Shown here: positions 1 through 11,687 of the stretch, piece after piece
Numbering within the stretch: position 1 is the stretch's first letter
How the letters are laid out: each line of letters opens with the position of its first letter
Source: Selaginella moellendorffii
Lineage: Eukaryota > Plantae > Lycopodiophyta
Direction: 5' to 3'
DNA length: 64,000 nucleotides
Assembly: GCF_000143415.4 (NCBI RefSeq)
Contig: NW_003314319.1
Span: 335,181 to 399,180, forward strand
Translations under genes and position numbers: made by a program
The notes under the pieces: generated by a model
What the model was told of the DNA's origin: nothing
The model's input: only the letters and a program-made list of their open reading frames with translations
Databases searched by the model: none

Positions 1-1490
1 CTCCGTCTCGAATTTGGTCTCGGGTCTTGGAAAGGATCTCAAATTTGATCTCGGACTCAGTCTCAAACTCTATTTCAGAGTGAGTCTCGTACTCAATTTC
101 AAATTCTGTCTCATCCGATGAACTCTTTATTGTTCTAATCATGTTTTCGGGGATCCTTTAGTCTACAACACTTTGGGGAGTTGGTTCTTTACACAAATAT
201 AATAAAGCTATACTCAACAAATGATCACTAATAATCCTCTATGAATCTATCTTCTATAGTAAGATATAATGCACTTCATAATAAGCACAAGAAGAATCAT
301 TAATAATCAATATATCCTTAATTGAAATCCAATAAAGAACAAAAATTTTAACTCTTCTTCTCTTAAAACTAACATAGTCCATGACTAAATCATGTTTCAA
401 GGAAAAACCAAAACTTACTAAACAATCACAACTTGTCATTTAGCTCATTTGAATGCTAATATAGTTGTTAATAAAGCTACAACTAAACCATCAACACTAT
501 TTGCATTTGACTAATGAAACTCAATATCTAAAGAGACATTTTATCTTATTTGAATCTCAATGTCAACAATAGAGCATCACTTTAATGCCATCAACATCAA
601 AACAAAACTAATATAAAGCAAGAGTGAACCACCACTCAAACACTCTTTAGCAACCAAGTTAACCAAAGTCAAAGATACTTTACTCAGTATCCAAGACTAA
701 ATTTTCAATAATACTCAATTTAAATAACACTTCATTAAAGAGTGAATCACCATATCCAAGACTCAATACAATTCAATACACAAACTAAATACAACTAAAT
801 GCTATAAACAACAATATGCTAACATGGAAAAAACTATGTATATTTAACGACATGATCCTTTGCAACACTATCTGGTAAAGCAAGCCCATCACCACTAAAT
901 CATATTAAGTGAAGGTTAACATTCCTTGATGAAGTCTACAACAACCATTAATCACAAAGTAACCAACAATATATAGAAATATAGATAAGTATGGACAAAA
1001 TGACCCCTTGAATCAAATTGTATAGTAATAAGCTCGCTAATATGTATAGCCAATAACTTTGAACATGCCTTGAAGAGGCTAGTTATGCATGATTAACACT
1101 TACCTGAAACTAAAGGGAAGACCATAAGATGGACTTATACAGGTATACAACTTCCTAATAAACAAGGCTATAATATATATATTATTCATGTCTATTGTAT
1201 TAGCTCTTATTTGGTCCTTTTTGGCTTTAGCTACTCACTGTATGAGTAACAAAGTGTTAGCCATCCATCCATAGATTTCCAAATTCTATTCCAAATGCTA
1301 ATCCCAACCTTAAGTTGGTTTAGAAGCCTTGGACCTCAGACTTGACCTCGAACTCGGTCTTAGACTCAATCTTAGACTTGGTCTCGAACTTAATCTCAGA
1401 TTTTGGACTTAGTCTTGAACTCGATCTCAGACTTGGTCTCATTTTATGAAACTTTAGTTTATGACACCTCGGGGAGTTTGTTCCTTACAC
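1..1490 (-). mobile_element. Degenerate LTR fragments with GAGACC/GAGTCC-type hexamer repeats (1-192 and ~1330-1490)
   Basis: Both pieces end in ggggagttggttc(c/t)ttaca, the reverse complement of the LTR start tgtaaggaaccaattcccc seen at ~36404, and carry the same degenerate hexamer repeats. Confidence 0.5.
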
Positions 1491-2399
1491 TCAACTATAT
1501 ACCTTTCCCATCCAGCAATCTACTTGAAGTGTCAATAGATTCACCAATAAACTATAACAAATGAATGCTACAATTTTTCTGTAACCTCAATGGGCAACTC
1601 TAAAGGAACCAAGGTACTAACTTAAGCTTAGCATAATGAATCACTATCGAGAACCAAGTCAAAGCTATATTAATGTTATTATTTGTAAGTAGACTATTGA
1701 CCACTTTGGGGTTGATCATTGTTTAAATGAACAACTTTATAAACATATTACTTACAACCACATGGATATGATATAAGTATCACAATAACTTGATTATCAA
1801 TTGAGTAAAACCGTAACTAATGCCTATGTCACTACTATGTAAATATCAAATGCCAACTCTATTAAAAAAAATGCAATATAATGCCACATCCCACCAATAG
1901 ATTTACAACACCTAACACCACTAACTTTTTTTCATAACATGAACAAACTCATGCTACTTTCTATCTAATCAAACTTAAAGCTAGTCTAACACCAAGCTAT
2001 TCAAGGAGCAATAATAAGGATTTCCTAGAAAAGAATTACGTATTACAACCTAAGTTTATAAATAACAAGCTTAGACAAAATTATTAATGCTTCAGTACCA
2101 TCCATCCCATGACTCATCACTTGTAAGGCCATCATAACAAATATGCATCAAAGTAAGGACTTTTGATTGCATGATGTGAACATGAGTAATGAGTCATATT
2201 TCATTACAAATCATCTCTTGAAGAAAAGATAATTTATGTGTTCGATACTTTGTCCCTAATGATTATCTTTTTAGACTCAACTTTGACCAAATCTTAAACT
2301 TGCATTTGCCCTACCTTCAGTCCAATTCAGAAAAGGTTTATGAGAGAGCATAGCAATGACTACTTCAATCAATAGACTAATCCCCACAATCTTAATTGA

Positions 2400-2960
2400 T
2401 TCACTCATAATCATGCCTAGTAAAGTTCTACAAGTGCTATGTTAAACAACTATAGACTAGCATATTTGCCACTCTTTGAAAACCCAAGAGAGGTTTACTT
2501 TACTTATGGTATATGGAATAACTCATAATAACCACTGATAGGCTAACTTTAGTCCTGTCAACTCAAAATGTAACCTTAAATTATTAATATGCCTTACTCA
2601 CTTGCCCAAGGGCAAACTCATGCAAATGATACATCTTAGTCTAAAGCTCAAGCTTATATAATATCAAAAAGGTAATTACTAGTTGTTCAATCTCATTGGA
2701 TAGTTCTCACTAAGACTCATTCTTTAATACTAAATTTAGCACATGTGGTTTTCACTTTTTATTTTATGATAATTTACCATAAGATAACCATGAAGCAAAA
2801 CCTAAACCCTCTATATCCCACGTGGTACATGCCATATGCCATATACCACATGTCCAATAACAATGGAGCAAAACCCAAATTTCAGGGCATTGGGCCACTA
2901 AATGAAAGGATAAAGCTAAACTCCTAAGTATGGAGCCAAGGAGCAAAGGAAGTAGAGTAT
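2400..2960. repeat. Dispersed repeat (probable retroelement part) with an inverted homologue at ~19240-19880
   Basis: Direct reverse-complement similarity; spurious ORFs read IIYHKITMKQNLNPLY versus VIYHRITMKWNLNPPY. Confidence 0.6.
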
Positions 2961-3269
2961 AAAACTACTTTCGAGCTTATAGCCCAATGAGCGAAGAAAC
3001 AGAAGCACAGAGCGATATAAGAACAATCCTAGAGCATCTAGCATCTTAATGCTAGGATCAACACGCAAAATAAAGCTAAATAGAGTCTGGCACTATTTCA
3101 ATATACTGGTGGTTTAGCGTGAGAATATAGGTCCACCAGTTGACATGGTATAAAATTTAGGTTTATATCCAAGTTGGATGCAGAGCAATAGCTAAACTAT
3201 ACCTCAAGATGGTTGGCCATGCCTTATTGGTAGTAAGGAAAGAATATTTAAAAATACTAGTTAATAGGT

Positions 3270-4650
3270 AACTTTCAATACCTACAATCACATTCATAAC
3301 AATCAGCTATTTTGAGCCAAGTTTGTCTAAGAAGTACTTTATAGAAACAGTGTTCTTTAGCTATCATGAGTATGATGAGAGTCATTTTGAACTCTTGATC
3401 TTTGATTTTGATTGGGATGTTGCAAATGATTCCAGATGGTTGTATACTTTTATTATCAGCCATCTTGATGTTGAAGGGTGCTGGTTGAATTGGTCTAAGT
3501 CCCATTGCTTTGCATGCTAAGTAATATTAACACTTGCACTATCATTGATAATTGTTTAAGGAATTTTGTTCTTTCCTATCTAAATTGGTATGCATGACAC
3601 ATCTTCGTCAAAGTCACCAAGTTGGATGATAGATTTGTCAAGTACAGAGTGATCTGCAAAAGGTCTTGAAGGGTAAATGTGATACTTTGTTGGAGAATTT
3701 TGTTTATAAGTTATGGTTTCTTTTCAAATGTGGTGGAAGTGGTGGAAGATAAATTTGGGGTTATTTATTTGTAGCAAGTCTTCTACCCTCAAGAGTTTTT
3801 GTTAGTGTAGGTTGATAGTCTTTAGTTTTATTGATGCACATTGTTATGCTTTATTGTTGTTTGAAGTGTATTGTTGATTGGCAAAACCGTGGCATACCGT
3901 GGTTGGCCCTAGTATAATCTCAATTGCAATTAACACTTGGGAAAGTTTGCTATTAAAAGCTAATATGATTGATATAAAATTTTCTTGTTTATGTATTCCT
4001 AAAAGATTAATGAAAGTGTGGAAAAAAATATAACCTCGATAAATCAAAGTTAAGTTTTGAGTTCTTGTAAAATAGTCAAACCAAATGTTGTAATTTTTTG
4101 TGTATATTCCCATTGTTTTTAATTTTTCTTGTTAAGTTTTTTTATTAGTCTCTTCTTCATCTTTAATCTTCAAAGCATTCTTCTTTGCAATGCAATAATT
4201 ACTCTATTTCTTTAGGTAGCACTTAGTATAGGGTTTAGTATAGTTTTGAAACCTGTTGAGGAGATAATTTTTATATCTTGTATATATTTGATTTTTGAAG
4301 GGATAGTTGTGCTACTTCATCAATCTTTTACAATTTTTGAAGTCTTTGTTTAGTGTTAGAGAAATTGTTTTAGAGTTTGTATAGTTTTGAGTATCAAAAA
4401 ATTATTCTATTTGTCAAAACCTTGAATCTTCGTCCCGAATCAATTATAATTGCTTCAAGTTTGAAGAAGAGTTGTGGAGTAGATTTTCACCATATTTAAT
4501 CAAATTAAGTAGTTTGTTTTTGTCAAAATTCTTTATGGCTTTCAAAATTTCTTCATTTTTCTTGTTTTTCTTGTTTATCTTTGCTTTTCTTGAAATCTCT
4601 TACCAACAATCTATTTCATCTTATAATGCCTCATATCCCACCATAGTTGC
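3270..4650 (-). mobile_element. Decayed Ty3/Gypsy (Tat/Athila-like) gag-protease relic
   Basis: Minus-strand retropepsin-like peptide (NDSASVNI...FNIKMADNKSIQPSGIICNIPIKI...YKVLL) and a PBS-like tggcaactatggtggg near 4637-4652. Confidence 0.5.
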
Positions 4651-5049
4651 CAATGAAAACTTGTGGAAGGTTTACATGCTAGAAACTTGTACTAGAAAAA
4701 AAAGAAAGAGAAAAAGAATAAAAGTGACAGAGAAAATAAGGGAAGAGTTGCACTTGCTTGACCTAATCTTGTACTCTATTTTAGCTAAACATAAATAATC
4801 ACACAAAAAATAAAAGGGAAGAGTGACTTGAGTCCTTCAATCTCTAAAAAAGCTTTTGTCAAGGTCATGAGCAAGGATAAACTTAGCATCGCTTAAATAT
4901 TTTAGATTTTGAGTATGTGGACGTGCATTAAAGAAGTACAAAAGAGATAAATATAGGGTTTATGTGTTAACTCACCCCTTTAATTAATCATATATAGTGG
5001 CAACTACCACTTTTCTTATTCTTGAGAGCAACCTTAAGGGAAATTAATT

Positions 5050-6276
5050 TTACAAGTCCTATGTTATACAACCTAAGCCAATTGGGTAAAAGAATGATCA
5101 CTTGATTATAGAACCTTTTTTTTTATCCTATTATCCTGACTTAGTGCCTAATAATCCTCCCCTCATCAGAGAATGATTGTCTATGATCATATTGTAAGCA
5201 ACTAAATTTTCCATTCTACTTTAGTCACTTAACCACACCTTCGACCACTTGAAGGAGTCTCACTCACAACCTCCATAAGTCCTATTCTAGACTTAAGGAC
5301 TTGCTAGCCCCAAGGATGGCATCCATTCCACTCAGCCATTGCACTTGATCCAAGTGCTCCACATATCCGATCCCATGACTAACACCCCAAGGTACCACTG
5401 ACATACCAGCCCGTTACACTAAGGCCATGCCCATTCACCTCAGTCACACAAGTGGTCCAACACCACCTGCATCGCAGTCCCATCTTTCAAAGATTGGGCC
5501 ATCCGTCCATGAGTGACTATCCTAGGTCCACTCCTTAGCATCCTTAAGATGCCAATAGACATGGGGAACAACTTTTCCCAATATCCATTTTATAGTCCCT
5601 ACCAAGTCCTTTTTCTATCTATAACCGTGTTCGCCATCACTGCCACTGGGATAAGGCCCATAGGCCCGACTACTAAGTCCCACTGTCCTCTGGGACTTCC
5701 TTACCACATTACTGTATCATTGGTCATTACACTAGAGGACCACCCCTCTTCCTTTCCATAGTCTAGGATTTTAAGACAACATTTCAGAACACTATGGCCC
5801 TACATAAGCCTCATGGGTACTCTCCCCACCTTCCACCTTTAGGTGCTCTAGCCATAGGCTTAGAGCGAAGTTCCATTGAGCCATGCCAGGTATCCAAGTA
5901 GATAGTGCCACCCACACTTGGACTGGGAGCATCAACCATTCGATTTCCCGGGGGAACTAGAGCCGGCTCTTGAACACTTCACCAAATTACCCCACTTGTC
6001 AGTCCATATTCACTCTAGCCTTAGACATCCCAGTGGTTATCCCATCACCCAACACCTGGGTACAGCCTTTCTAGGCCAAACTAGCCTTTCCTGGCCAAAT
6101 TGGCTCCACTAGAGTCCTACCCCTACTATACTTTTGGTGCTCACCAAACCCCCTAGGATTTGGGAGACGACCACTTTGGGCTTTCACCCTCTCAGACTCG
6201 AACTCAACCTCGGACTTAGACTCGGACTCGAGCTTGGGCTCGGTCTCAGCCTCAGCCTCGGTCTCGGTCTCGGTTC

Positions 6277-6307
<31 letters not shown>

Positions 6308-7005
6308 AATCTCAATCTCGGTCCCGGTCTTAGTCCCGGTCTTGGTCTTGGTCTCGACTTCGGACTCCATCTCGGGTCCTTCTCGGACTCCATTTCAGAT
6401 TCCATCTCGAGTCCATCTCAGACTCCATCTCGGGTCCATCTCAGACTCCATCTCAGACTCCATCTTGGTCCATCTCGGACTCCATCTCGGGTCCACCTCG
6501 GACTCCATCTTGGACTCCTTCTCGGTCCATCTCGGACTCCATCTCGAGTCCATCTGGGACTCCATTTCGAGTTTATCTCGGACTCCATCTCAGGTCCATC
6601 TCGGACTAGAGCTTTTAGTCCAAACGTGTTATGCTCGTTTGGCTTTCGCTTCGGCCACTACCACGCGGCACTTTTTCGGCTCCACTTTGGGGCATAGGAA
6701 TTTGTGTCTCACAATTCCACCGCCCATAGACGAAGTTCGATGTCCTCATTAAACAATAAACCATTTTATAAAGTAACACTAGCATGTATTACCTTTCCCA
6801 TCCTTGGCACCTAACCCACATTTGTCAATGGTTTGACATTGAAGGCTCGCCATGCCTTGTTCAACCTCTAAGGAGCATAGTGTCTCCAACATAGAGACCA
6901 ATGCTAGGAATCTATCCCTTGTATTCCTGGCCAACTGGCTAAAAGGGTAATCACTTTATTGTATAGCCCTTTCTTTATCCTATTATCCGAACTTGGTGCC
7001 TAACA
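5050..7005 (-). mobile_element. Disrupted TRIM (LTRs ~5050-5153 and 6902-7005) with a LARD-family 3' LTR inserted inside
   Basis: LTRs match the 104-bp TRIM LTR at 57640/57926; PPT atcctcccct follows 5153; PBS relic gagacca precedes 6902. Confidence 0.7.
5193..6713 (-). mobile_element. LARD-family LTR (~1.5 kb) followed by ~180 bp of internal 3' sequence
   Basis: Reverse complement of the 11688-13327 LTR (tgtaagc...gtctcaca) with the same 6/11/12-bp repeat core; 6714-6890 matches ~17210-17388. Confidence 0.85.
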
Positions 7006-7009
7006 ATAA

Positions 7010-7172
7010 TGTTATGATTTAGCACAAAAAGACAAAGATCTAGTCTCTCTAGACTACATTATATCTCCTTTTGAAGGTCCTCACCACCCAACCATCCCCG
7101 AGCTACCTCAAAAGTTCCACTATAAGCCCTAAGGTAGGTTAAGTTCCTTACCCAAACATGCCTTAATATACC
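7010..7172 (-). mobile_element. Older Gypsy family-A LTR split by a younger copy; it continues at 11052-11190 with an integrase tail
   Basis: Diverged copy of the 7173-7405 LTR; the sequence resumes after the ATACC duplication at 11052. Confidence 0.7.
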
Positions 7173-7478
7173 TGTTATGATCCGGTGCAAAAAGACAGAG
7201 ATTTAGTTGCCCTAGATTATGCTATGCCACCTCTTGAGGTTCCTCACCACCCAACCACCCCCGAGCTACCTCAAAAGCTCCACTGTGCCGCCGCTCCACC
7301 GTGAGCCCTAGGGTAGGTTAAGTCCCCTACCCTAACATGCCTTAATATACCCTTGAGCCTCCCTTTGACCGACGTTGACCACGTAGTCAAAGCTGGCACC
7401 TAACAATTCTTCCCCCCAACAAAGTCCTTGTCCCAAGGACAAGTTGTATTGGTGATCACCCTTTCTGGGGAATCCTGC

Positions 7479-8711
7479 TCAAGCTCCTGGTCCATCTTCC
7501 ACAGCCGTATACATCAAGGAGGCATTGGGCCCGTCACTCCGAGATAGTACACCTTTCAACTGGCTGACATAAAATACCAGATGAATTTTCACCCCAGCTG
7601 GCAGCCGCACCCGATAAGCCGCTTTACCAATGCGCTCCAGCACTTCATATGGACCAGCATATCGATGGGAGAGTTTATCACTCTTCCCTGTCCGTAAAGG
7701 CACCAAGGTGTTCCGCCGCTCACTTGACGGAAAGATCACTCGCACAAAGACGAGATCACCCACCTTATATTCCCGGAATTGACGATGCTCATTGGCAAAC
7801 TTCTCCGCTCTATCCTGAGCTGCTTGCAAATTCTGTTTGCACACCACCAGAATCTCATCAAGTTCTGTGGCCAGATTAGTTGCCTCGGAATCAAGCTTAT
7901 CTTGAACGTCCTTACTCAAATGCAATCCCAACTCCACCGCTATTCGAGGATGCCTTCCAAACATGGCAAAGTAAGGACTTAGCTTGGTTCCACTGTGTTG
8001 GCTATTGTTGTAAGCAAATTGCACCAACGAAAGATATAGATCCCACTGTCCTTGCCTTTGACCAATGCTACAACGTAGCATATCCTCCACCACCTGATTC
8101 ACACGCTCGGTTTGCCCATCTGTCTGAGGATGATCTCCACTTGAGAGTTTCAAAGTCACTTGCATAGCCTTTGCAAAGCTTTTCCAAAATCCACTGGTGA
8201 ACTTTGAATCTCGATCACTAATGATGTCCTCTGGCAAACCAAAATCAGGAAAAACCTTCTCCAAGTAAACCGCAGCCAAGTCTGAGGCAGTGACAGTCTT
8301 CCGAAGAGCCAACAACCGCACATACTTCGTCAACCAATCCACTATGACCCATACTTGCTCCTTTTGCCTCTGTGTTCGTGGCAAACAAGTGATGAAGTCC
8401 ATAAAGATACTACACCAACAGCTCTGAGGAATAGGTAAAGGTTGCAAAAGTCCCCCCGACTTCTCCTGTGGCACCTTAACCCGCTGACAAAGCTCACATG
8501 ATTTACAATACTTGAGGATATCAGCCTTCATATTCCTCCAATAAAAGTTGCACTTAATCAATTCATATGTCTTCTTCCCCCCAAAATGACCGGCCTCTGG
8601 ACGATCATGATAGTGGAATAAAACTTGAGTAATTAACGCATCCACCCGTGGCAAATATACATGGCCATTGTAGTAGAGAATCCCATCCACCAATGAGAAA
8701 GGAGCTTCCAT
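7479..8711 (-). CDS. Retrotransposon integrase (separated from upstream pol by in-frame stops)
   Basis: HD..AGH...CELC zinc finger; DDE core MDFITCLP, IISDRD, HPQTDGQTERVN; GPY motif. Confidence 0.92.
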   Translation of the reverse strand: MEAPFSLVDGILYYNGHVYLPRVDALITQVLFHYHDRPEAGHFGGKKTYELIKCNFYWRNMKADILKYCKSCELCQRVKVPQEKSGGLLQPLPIPQSCWCSIFMDFITCLPRTQRQKEQVWVIVDWLTKYVRLLALRKTVTASDLAAVYLEKVFPDFGLPEDIISDRDSKFTSGFWKSFAKAMQVTLKLSSGDHPQTDGQTERVNQVVEDMLRCSIGQRQGQWDLYLSLVQFAYNNSQHSGTKLSPYFAMFGRHPRIAVELGLHLSKDVQDKLDSEATNLATELDEILVVCKQNLQAAQDRAEKFANEHRQFREYKVGDLVFVRVIFPSSERRNTLVPLRTGKSDKLSHRYAGPYEVLERIGKAAYRVRLPAGVKIHLVFYVSQLKGVLSRSDGPNASLMYTAVEDGPGA

Positions 8712-8807
8712 CTAGTCTCGCAAAGAGGCCACCTCAGCATCCTGAGCCTGAGCATGCTCAACCAATTGCCCAAACTCGCTGACCACCTTACTCAAATGAT
8801 GACAAAA

Positions 8808-9050
8808 TCATGTTCGTAACGTCGTCACATGACGAACACGAGATAAAGCATCTGCCACCACATTTGATTTTCTCGGACGATGCTCAATAGGAAACTCCCC
8901 AAACTCCATGAGTTTGACCATCCAACGAGCTTGCCTAGTGTTCAACTCCTTTTGTGTGAAAAAATACACAAGTGGTTTGTGATCTGTCAACACCACGAAC
9001 ACTGCACCATAAAGATAGTGTCGCCACGTCCGCAAAGCATGAACAATAGA
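8808..9050 (-). pseudogene. C-terminal RNase H fragment of Gypsy pol
   Basis: SIVHALRTWRHYLYG...TDHKPL...RQARW...NVVADALSR. Confidence 0.88.
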
Positions 9051-9068
9051 GGCTGAATAAATCCAAAC

Positions 9069-10937
9069 TCAAGTAACTCCTTGACTTGTCGTTGAACTTC
9101 TTGCTCCTCCGTATAACTTAACCAAAATGGATGCCAGTAAATTGGCCGCATCCTCGGCTCCAATGTAATCCATGCTCAGTGTCGTAACGGAGGTAACCAT
9201 GAGGAAGTCAGATAGATTAACATCAGAAAACTCGTCAAGTACATCCCATACTGCTACTTCTCCCCCACACGTGCCTTGGTCCCCCAAGTCACGAACAAAC
9301 AGCAAGTAACTCGAAAGTGTTTTTCCATTACGACAAGCCCGCTTCAAAGATGTAGCAGAGAGCATAACAACTGGTGGTTGAACGCCCTCGCCAAACCACA
9401 CATCTTTAATGCCACTATACTCCAGCGAGATACGCTTAATACTCCACTTTATCTCTGGATCCACCTTCACCAACCATGGCATCCCAAGAATGAGATCCAC
9501 AAGATGAATATCCGCGAGATAAAAAGTCTCCACAAGTGTGGTTTTGCCAACCAACACTTCCAGCCCCTCGACACAAGCATCGAAATGTTGAGTAAAGGTG
9601 GCTGCACCTTCCACTGTGTATGGAAGAACTCCGCGTGTGACCAGGCTATGCTCCGCAACAAACTTTGCCGAAACAAAGTTGTCATCACTCCCACTATCCA
9701 GTAAAATCCGCACTGGATCGCCACGGAACACGCCCTCCAGCATTAAAGCTGATTCACGTGTATCCTCGAGCTCCATCTTGTTCCACACACAGTTGAGCTG
9801 ACGAGCAACAATCGAAAGTCGCTTCCTCCGACCAAAATGGTCGTTCTCCTCATCCTCACGCTGCAAAGTTTGCAACTTTTTAGTATCGGACTTACCATGA
9901 GAAGAAGATTGGCCATTCTTCTTGTCCTGCTGCTTGTTCTTCAACTGCGGACAATCAGCCTTATAGTGTCCAAGTTCGCCGCAATGATGACAACCCTGTC
10001 TATAATTCTTTACAAAGAACTTCTGCTTCTTGGACCCCTTTACATCTGAAGTAGTCACCACCGACTTCAACTTGTGATGCTTGTTCCCATCCTTGTGTCC
10101 ACGGCGATCATCACGACGATTCTCGATAGAAGGACTCCGCGAACACTTGCGAGACTTGTGCTTGTCATTGTCAAGTCGACGAGCTGCATCAAAGAGCTCC
10201 TCCAAACTCTTTGTAGGCTGAGAATGATGCAAGTGTTGCCGCATGCTCTCACTATGTAGGCCATCAATAAAGTAGGACTTGTTCTGATCTAGATCCTTCG
10301 TTGGAACACGACTAATCAAGCGAGTAAGCTTCTCAATATGGTCCCCAAGCGTCATTTTCCCTTGCTGGAAATGTCGAAGTTCTGTATGAGCATTCTCCAC
10401 GTTGTAATGAGGGGCAAAACGTAAATGGAAAGCAGCCTCAAACTCATCCATGGTAGACACTGGTGGTTTCTTATCCGCAACACGGGACTCCTCAAGCCAA
10501 TTCCACCATTGAAGACCCGCATCACGCAAAACTATTGGAATAGCCACTAAAGCCTCTACATTCGGAGTTCCCCTAGCAGCCAAGAACTTCTTCACATTGG
10601 CTAGCCAAGCAAGACACTCATCCACACCACCATCACCGGAAAAAGTTGGAATCTTGAGTCGATCTACCAAAGAAGGCTTACTTGGAGCGCTACCCCATCC
10701 AACCGCGAGTGCCTCAACACACCCACGCATGGTATCCATCATGCCATGCATCTCGTCTTGCATCTCTTGCTGATTTTTATTAAGGGCTCGCAGCTCATGA
10801 ACCACATCTTGAATGGTCCAAATTTCCGCAGCTTCGTCGGCACCATCGTCGGCACCACCATCGACAATAGGATTCCAGCGTTCAGCTTGGTCGGCCATCA
10901 CAACCAATTCTCTGATACCAATGTTATGATCCGGCAC
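9069..10937 (-). CDS. Gag (CCHC zinc knuckle) plus aspartic protease, fused to a non-retroviral tail
   Basis: CHHCGELGHYKADC, LLDSGSDDNFV and DLILGMPWL; retroelement homology ends at EFSDV (~9219). Confidence 0.9.
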   Translation of the reverse strand: MPDHNIGIRELVVMADQAERWNPIVDGGADDGADEAAEIWTIQDVVHELRALNKNQQEMQDEMHGMMDTMRGCVEALAVGWGSAPSKPSLVDRLKIPTFSGDGGVDECLAWLANVKKFLAARGTPNVEALVAIPIVLRDAGLQWWNWLEESRVADKKPPVSTMDEFEAAFHLRFAPHYNVENAHTELRHFQQGKMTLGDHIEKLTRLISRVPTKDLDQNKSYFIDGLHSESMRQHLHHSQPTKSLEELFDAARRLDNDKHKSRKCSRSPSIENRRDDRRGHKDGNKHHKLKSVVTTSDVKGSKKQKFFVKNYRQGCHHCGELGHYKADCPQLKNKQQDKKNGQSSSHGKSDTKKLQTLQREDEENDHFGRRKRLSIVARQLNCVWNKMELEDTRESALMLEGVFRGDPVRILLDSGSDDNFVSAKFVAEHSLVTRGVLPYTVEGAATFTQHFDACVEGLEVLVGKTTLVETFYLADIHLVDLILGMPWLVKVDPEIKWSIKRISLEYSGIKDVWFGEGVQPPVVMLSATSLKRACRNGKTLSSYLLFVRDLGDQGTCGGEVAVWDVLDEFSDVNLSDFLMVTSVTTLSMDYIGAEDAANLLASILVKLYGGARSSTTSQGVT

Positions 10938-11687
10938 AAAAAGACAGAGATTTAGTCACCCTAGACTATGCTAAGAATATTCCTACCCAACTAGCTAAAG
11001 GGGTGATCACTTGATTGCAGGGCCCTTTCTTTACCCTATTGGTGCCTAACAATACCCTTAAGCTCCTTTGACCGACATTGACCATGTGGTTAAAGTTAGC
11101 ACCTAGTCCATCTTCCACAGTCATATACATCAAGGATGCATTGGGCCCTTCACTTCGAGATAATATACCTTTCAAATAGCTAATATATGAGTATTTTTCT
11201 TGCCGATCAATAATACTTTATATTCTTTAAGTTATCTTATGCAAGTTGTTTAGCATGCTATCTACACTTTTTGATAGTTAAATTTAATCATTATGTTTTT
11301 TGATGATACACTGGCTATTGAATTTTATTAGATAGTAAATCCTATTTTTTCCAATTATGATGATCTTGGTGGTTCCTGTACTCTAATATTGATTTATCAA
11401 ATAATAACTTACTTGCAATACTTTTGTGTTCTAATATAAGACTTATTTATTGATAATTAAGTCTCTAAAATATCATTGTTTGTGACTTTGATATTTACCA
11501 CCTATTGATCTTTGGGTTTGGGCCAGTATAGGCATACTGGCTTCGGCACTTCATGTGCATGGTGAAATCTTTAATCATGGGGTAACTACTATCGATTGGT
11601 CATATCACCCGCCTCTTTATTGATGTTCCTTATTTCCTTTTCAAGGGCGTAATCGTGTAAACAACTATAATTGCTTATTTACAATGG

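Larger units (their letters stand above)
7173..11051 (-). mobile_element. Ty3/Gypsy LTR retrotransposon (family A), RT deleted
   Basis: TG..CA LTR 7173-7405, PPT 7406-7418, tRNA-Met PBS (TGGTATCAGAGA) 10909-10920, second LTR from 10922, and ATACC at 7168-7172 and 11052-11056. Confidence 0.9.

Noticed and set aside
6071-6752. ORFs with ET/RP/LG/SV dipeptide repeats (also 11665-12618 and 36436-36818)
   Set aside because: They are open in many frames only because of stop-free hexamer repeats within LTRs.
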